Shown here piece by piece: positions 59,170-64,000 of a stretch of DNA of 64,000 nt. Each line of letters starts with the position of its first letter. Position 1 is the first letter of the stretch. Source of the stretch: Phycisphaerae bacterium (lineage in GTDB: Bacteria; Planctomycetota; Phycisphaerae; UBA1845; Fen-1342); assembly GCA_050115495.1 (NCBI GenBank), contig JASFQK010000009.1, positions 64,001-128,000 on the forward strand, given 5' to 3'. The notes beneath the pieces were generated by a model. It saw nothing but the letters and a program-made list of their open reading frames with translations, was not told where the DNA came from and searched no databases. Made by a program: the position numbers and the translations under genes.

Positions 59170-61437
59170 CTACGGACCGGGCGACCGCCAGAGGGCCATC
59201 GGTGGGACCTGCTGGCGGGGGATGTCGGGGCCGGCGTAGTCGAGGTCGAGCGAGTAGCCGCCGTTGATCTGGAAGTACGCCAGCTCGAACGCGTGTCGGC
59301 CGGCGGTGAGGAGCACGTCGCCGGTCGCCTCGATGCCCCGGCGCTGGCCGTCGAACTCGGCGATGACCTCGCCGCCGACGCTCAGCCGGCTGCCGTCGTT
59401 CGAGCGGAGATAGAACGTGTATCGTCCGTCCGCCGGCACCTCGATGAACCCGCAGAACACGATGCCGAAGTAGTCGTCCCGCCGACGAACGTCGAGACTC
59501 AGCGTGTTGGCGTGGCCGGCGGCGCCGGGCGTGAGCGCGTCAAAATCCGGCAGCCGGCGCCACTGGCCTTCGTAATACGCGTAATCGACGCCATTCTGCG
59601 CTTGCGGCACGTCCACCGCCGACAACGGCCGCAAACGCCGATAGCGGTACACCGCGGTGTCGCTCGACCGCCCGCCGGGCAGGAACATCCGCGCACTCAC
59701 AACGGTCGATTCGCTCAGCGCGAGCGGCTTCTCGTACAGCGGCGATGAAGCGGTCGGCTCGCTGCCGTCGAGCGTGTAGCGCACGACCGCATCGACCGGC
59801 GGCGCCTCCAGCGTCACCGTCACCGACTCGTCAAACGTCCGCTCTGTCGGCGAGCACGCGGGCGGCGCGATGAAATACGCCACACCCAGCTCGTCCAGTC
59901 GGCGGTAGTGCTGCCGCAAACGCCCGACGAAATCCGCCAGATCACGCGATTTCTGCGGCGACCAGCCCACCTCCGCCATCGCACACAGCCGCGGGAACAA
60001 CTGGTGATCCAGCCGCTCCGGCGGGGCGTGCTCGGTCCACATGTTCCCCTCGACGCCGAGCACATGCCGGGCCTGCTCCGGCGTGAGCTCCGCCGGCGTC
60101 GGCTCAAACGCGTAGACCTGCTCCAGCGGCACGTAGCCCATCCACACCGGCTCGCCCGGCAGCTCCGCCTGGGCGTAGTCGAGGTAGCAGTTGCTCGTCG
60201 GCGAGGCGATAACGTCGTGGTCCGCCGTGGCAGCGGCGATCGCCCCCTGCATCCCTCGCCACGACTGCACCGTCGCTCCCGGCGGCAGGCCACCTTCGAG
60301 AATTTCGTCCCACCCGATCAGCCGGCGGCCGTGGCTGGCGAGGTAGCGTTCGATCCGCCGAATGAAGTAGCTTTGCAGCTCGTGCTCGTCGGCCAGCCCC
60401 TCGGCCTTGATCCGGGCCTGGCACTTGGGGCACGCCGCCCAGCGGTCCTTCGGGCACTCGTCGCCGCCGACGTGGATGAATTCGGACGGGAACAGGGCGA
60501 GCACCTCGTCGAGCACGCCTTCGAGGATCTCGAACGTCTGCTCGTTGCCGGCGCAATACACGTCGGGGAACACGCCCCACGTCGTGGCGACCTCGAACGG
60601 CCCGCCGGTGCACGACAGCTCGGGATACGCGGCGAGGGCGGCCATGCTGTGCCCGGGCATTTCGATCTCGGGCACGATGGTGACGTAGCGGCCGGCGGCG
60701 TAGGCGACGATGTCGCGGATCTCGTCCTGGCTGTAGAACCCGCCGTAGCGCTCATCGCCAGTGCCACGCCACGCGCCGACCTCGGTCAGCCGCGGGTAGC
60801 GTTTGATCTCGATGCGCCAGCCCTGGTCCTCGGTCAGGTGCCAGTGCAGCACGTTCATCTTGTGGTAGGCGAGCAGGTCGATGTAGCGCTTGACCATTTC
60901 CGGCGGAACGAAATGCCGCCCGCAATCGAGCAGCAGGCCCCGCCAACGAAAGCGCGGATGATCGACGATGTTGACGACGGGCAGCGTCCACGTCGCCGGC
61001 TCGCCGTCGCCGCTGCGCAGCAACTGGCGTAACGTCTGCACGCCGCGGAAGAGCCCCTCGGCCGCGGTGGCAGCGAGCGTCGCCCGCTCGGGCGTGACGA
61101 TCAGGCGATAGGCTTCCTTGCCGAGGGCGGTCGCGTCCGGATCGACGATGAACACGATGTCGCCGGTCGCCGGCCCGGCCTCGGACCGCGTGCGCACAGG
61201 CAGCTCGCGGCCGATGCGCTGTTTCAAACACTCGGCGAGGTACGCGGCGACGCCGGCCGCATCGTCGCCGCCATTGAGAATGACGATGGCGGCGTTGTCG
61301 CCGAGCGTGAACGTCCCGGCTGAGACGTCCATGCTCGCCGGCCGCGGAATGACGGATGGCGTGGCGAGATCGCCGGCGAATGCGGAGGCACCGGTCAGCG
61401 TGAGCGACAGCACGGTGAGCACCTTTGCAGCGGACAT
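59170..61437 (-). CDS. Beta-N-acetylhexosaminidase (GH20) with chitobiase/Fn3-associated and PA14 domains
   Basis: PRFRWRGLLLDCGRHF, HWHLTEDQGWR, PEIEMPGH, HVGGDE, YLDY, WTEH; RYTLDGSEPT; YTFYLRSNDGSRL. Confidence 0.95.
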   Translation of the reverse strand: MSAAKVLTVLSLTLTGASAFAGDLATPSVIPRPASMDVSAGTFTLGDNAAIVILNGGDDAAGVAAYLAECLKQRIGRELPVRTRSEAGPATGDIVFIVDPDATALGKEAYRLIVTPERATLAATAAEGLFRGVQTLRQLLRSGDGEPATWTLPVVNIVDHPRFRWRGLLLDCGRHFVPPEMVKRYIDLLAYHKMNVLHWHLTEDQGWRIEIKRYPRLTEVGAWRGTGDERYGGFYSQDEIRDIVAYAAGRYVTIVPEIEMPGHSMAALAAYPELSCTGGPFEVATTWGVFPDVYCAGNEQTFEILEGVLDEVLALFPSEFIHVGGDECPKDRWAACPKCQARIKAEGLADEHELQSYFIRRIERYLASHGRRLIGWDEILEGGLPPGATVQSWRGMQGAIAAATADHDVIASPTSNCYLDYAQAELPGEPVWMGYVPLEQVYAFEPTPAELTPEQARHVLGVEGNMWTEHAPPERLDHQLFPRLCAMAEVGWSPQKSRDLADFVGRLRQHYRRLDELGVAYFIAPPACSPTERTFDESVTVTLEAPPVDAVVRYTLDGSEPTASSPLYEKPLALSESTVVSARMFLPGGRSSDTAVYRYRRLRPLSAVDVPQAQNGVDYAYYEGQWRRLPDFDALTPGAAGHANTLSLDVRRRDDYFGIVFCGFIEVPADGRYTFYLRSNDGSRLSVGGEVIAEFDGQRRGIEATGDVLLTAGRHAFELAYFQINGGYSLDLDYAGPDIPRQQVPPMALWRSPGP

Positions 61438-61450
61438 GGCAATCCTCGTC

Positions 61451-63433
61451 TCATGACTGGTCATCCGCATTACCGCTCGCCGCCGGCGCAGCGGTGCGGC
61501 CTGTGAGCAGCAGGCCGGTCAGGGCGACAGTGGCCACGGCGAACACTGCGGTCAGCACGGCCGCCGGCACGTGGTCGCCATAGATCCAGTAGCCGGTGCC
61601 AAACAGGGCGCTGTAGATCGCCAGGCAGCCGACGACCATGCACAGAATGCCGCGTGGTAGATTGGCGTGGCCGCGCTCGGCGCCGGTGATGGGCTCGCCG
61701 TCGCGCTCGGCGTCGGCGATGACCTTGCGCCAGCCAGGGCCGCCGGGGCGGATGAGCTTGCAGAAACTGCGCAGCGTGCGCGGGTCGTCGGGCGGTGTGA
61801 CGGCCGTCACCAGAAGCCAGGCCACGGTCGTGATGCCGACACCGATGATCAGTTGTTGCCAAGCGGCCAGTCCCTCCGGCGCGGCGACCTGCATGTACAC
61901 GGCGACGGCGAAGGACACGACCATCGCCGTCAATTCACTGTACGGATTGATGCGCCACCAGAACCAGCGCAGGATGAACAGCAGGCCCGTACCGGCGCCG
62001 ATCTGGAGCAGAATCTCGAACGCTTGCAGGGCGCTTTCCAGCCACAGGGCCAGCGCCCCGGCGACGATCATCAACAACACCGTCGTCGCGCGGCCGACCC
62101 AGACAAGCTGCCGCTGCCCGGCCTGCGGGCTGACGAAGCGTTTCCAGACGTCGTTGACGACGTAGCTCGAACCCCAGTTGAGGTGCGTCGAGATCGTGGA
62201 CATGTACGCCGCAATCAGCGACGCCACGACCAGCCCGAGCAACCCATGCGGCAGGAAGGTGAGCATCGCCGGATAGGCCAGGTCGTGGCCGAGCTTGTCG
62301 AGCTGCGTCTTGGGAAAGGCGCGGTGGATGGCCGTGAGGCCCTTCTCCTGGACCTTGAGCGTTTCGATCTGCTCGCACACCACCGGGTCGACCGACGCCG
62401 GGTCCTTCGACCACTGCGCGACGAGCGGGCTCAACTCCGGATCACCCAACGCGGCTTTGGCCGCCTTGCGGTCGGCGGCGGAATCGAGCGGGAAGATCAC
62501 GAGTGAGCAGAGTGCCACGAGAATCCACGGCCACGGACGCAGGGCGTAGTGGGCGGCGTTGAAGAACAGCGTGGCGCCGACGGCGTGTCGCTCATCGCGT
62601 GCGGCCAGCATGCGCTGGGCAACGTACCCGCCGCCGCCTGGCTCCGAACCCGGATACCACACGCTCCACCACTGCACGGCCAGTGGCACGATGAACACGG
62701 CGACCAGCGTGTTCATGTTGCTCGATCCGTCCGGCTGCTTCAGCGGCGGCAGGATAGAGAGCTTGCCCGCAACGTGCTCGCTGCCCAGCAGGCCGGCCAG
62801 CCCCCCTACCTCAGGCTGCCCCAAAGCCACGAACGCCGCCGCCACCGCTCCGATCATGGCGATGGCGAAGAGCAGGAAGTCCGTGAGCACAACGGCCCGC
62901 AGCCCGCCCAGGGCGCTGAAGACCACCGTCACCACCGAGGCCAGTACGATCGTCTGCGCCGGCGAGAAATCGAGCATCACTCGCCCGATCTTGATCGCCG
63001 CCAGCGACACCGTGGCCATGATGCAGATGTTGAAGAACACGCCCAAGTACAGGGCCCGGAACCCGCGCAGGAACGCCGCCGGCTTGCTGGAGTAGCGCAG
63101 TTCGTAGAACTCGATGTCGGTCGTCACGCCCGACCGCCGCCACAGCCGCGCGTACACGAACACGGTCAGCATGCCCGTGAGCAGAAACGCCCACCAGGCC
63201 CAGTTCCCGGCGACGCCGTTCTGCCGGACGATATCGGTGACGAGGTTCGGCGTATCCGTCGAGAACGTCGTGGCCACCATCGAGATGCCCAGCAGCCACC
63301 AGGGCATCATCCGCCCGGAAAGAAAGAACTCCGACACGTTGCGGCCCGCCCGCCGGGCGACCAGCAAGCCAATCACCAGACTCACGCTGAAGAAGGCGAC
63401 GACGATCGTCCAGTCGAGATGGTCAAGCTGCAT
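61451..63433 (-). CDS. Sodium:solute symporter (SSS) family protein
   Basis: FFLSGR.MPWW..G.SMVATTFS, GGL.AVV.TD, YVAQRM, AAYMST; many TM helices. Confidence 0.93.
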   Translation of the reverse strand: MQLDHLDWTIVVAFFSVSLVIGLLVARRAGRNVSEFFLSGRMMPWWLLGISMVATTFSTDTPNLVTDIVRQNGVAGNWAWWAFLLTGMLTVFVYARLWRRSGVTTDIEFYELRYSSKPAAFLRGFRALYLGVFFNICIMATVSLAAIKIGRVMLDFSPAQTIVLASVVTVVFSALGGLRAVVLTDFLLFAIAMIGAVAAAFVALGQPEVGGLAGLLGSEHVAGKLSILPPLKQPDGSSNMNTLVAVFIVPLAVQWWSVWYPGSEPGGGGYVAQRMLAARDERHAVGATLFFNAAHYALRPWPWILVALCSLVIFPLDSAADRKAAKAALGDPELSPLVAQWSKDPASVDPVVCEQIETLKVQEKGLTAIHRAFPKTQLDKLGHDLAYPAMLTFLPHGLLGLVVASLIAAYMSTISTHLNWGSSYVVNDVWKRFVSPQAGQRQLVWVGRATTVLLMIVAGALALWLESALQAFEILLQIGAGTGLLFILRWFWWRINPYSELTAMVVSFAVAVYMQVAAPEGLAAWQQLIIGVGITTVAWLLVTAVTPPDDPRTLRSFCKLIRPGGPGWRKVIADAERDGEPITGAERGHANLPRGILCMVVGCLAIYSALFGTGYWIYGDHVPAAVLTAVFAVATVALTGLLLTGRTAAPAASGNADDQS

Positions 63434-63469
63434 ACTGCCGTCCTCGTCAGCACAAGGCCCCGACTCCTC

Positions 63470-64000
63470 TCACTTGCCGACGCAATACGCCGCACACCGG
63501 CGAATCAGCGGCTCGCCGACCGCCTGCGTCACGCGCAGCCGAATCGCCGACACCTCGCACAACTCGAAGCGGTCCATGCGTTTGTGGCCGATCGCGCTGC
63601 CCTCGGCCAGCACCTGCCACTCGTCCCCGACACGTCCCTCAATGACGTACGCCCGCACGCGTTCGCCGCCGGCGATGTCCTCCTGCATAACCACGTGATC
63701 CACCTTGGTCGGTTTGCCGAAGGTGAGCTCCAGCGTTTCACCCTTGCCGGCGGCTTCCGCCAGGCTCTTTCCGAAGCGCTGGCGCAACTCCGCCCCAAAC
63801 TCGGCCCCGCGGCGAACGTCCGCCTCCGGGATCAGGCCGGTCGTATCCGGCGTGTGGTTGACCAGCAGCACCGCCCCGCGGCCGACGGACTTGTAGTACA
63901 TGTCCATGAGCTGATCCACGGTCTTGAGCGTTTCGGCGTTGTCGCGCCGCCAGAACCACGTGTTGCGCATCCGTGCGTCGCATTCATTCGGCAGCCACAC
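63470..64000 (-). CDS. Alpha-L-fucosidase (GH29), C-terminal part with an F5/8-like domain (truncated by window edge)
   Basis: WLPNECD...WFW, YYKSVGRGAVLLVN.TPD.TGLI, QEDIA.GERVRAY, IGHKR. Confidence 0.85.
   Translation of the reverse strand: MWLPNECDARMRNTWFWRRDNAETLKTVDQLMDMYYKSVGRGAVLLVNHTPDTTGLIPEADVRRGAEFGAELRQRFGKSLAEAAGKGETLELTFGKPTKVDHVVMQEDIAGGERVRAYVIEGRVGDEWQVLAEGSAIGHKRMDRFELCEVSAIRLRVTQAVGEPLIRRCAAYCVGK

Noticed and set aside
57300..59170. CRISPR array
   Set aside because: The repeats are inverted and nested with irregular spacing, not direct repeats with uniform unique spacers, and there are no cas genes.

Overview
High-GC bacterial window. Its gene content (long SecA, PEP-CTERM proteins, an H-X9-DG prepilin-like protein, dockerin-like EF-hand tails, a sulfatase-TPR protein) suggests a planctomycete, probably Phycisphaerae; this is inference. 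In order: 5'-truncated secA; a sugar ABC transporter; a visibly lower-GC, tightly coupled four-gene minus-strand cassette at 7115-9952 (SocA/Panacea-like protein, membrane protein, PD-(D/E)XK nuclease-like protein, TGT-like TIM-barrel/zinc protein), which is the best candidate for an undescribed defence or toxin-antitoxin system; assorted envelope genes; a pair of HD-GYP genes; tRNA-Leu(CAG); a fusion of an archaeal-type adenylate-kinase-like domain with a nucleoside deoxyribosyltransferase-like domain; two tandem thrombospondin-3/dockerin paralogs; an ECF sigma/anti-sigma pair with a secretin-like gene; a roughly 13-gene MSHA/type IV pilus-like operon whose ATPase carries an N-terminal PilZ domain; a fused cytochrome c synthase (CcsBA); and an amino-sugar/glycan utilisation region (GH109, nucleotidyltransferase, NahK-like kinase, GH20, SSS symporter, GH29) interrupted by REP and foldback repeats and a small repeat-flanked insert. 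All assignments come from reading motifs by eye; no database searches were run.
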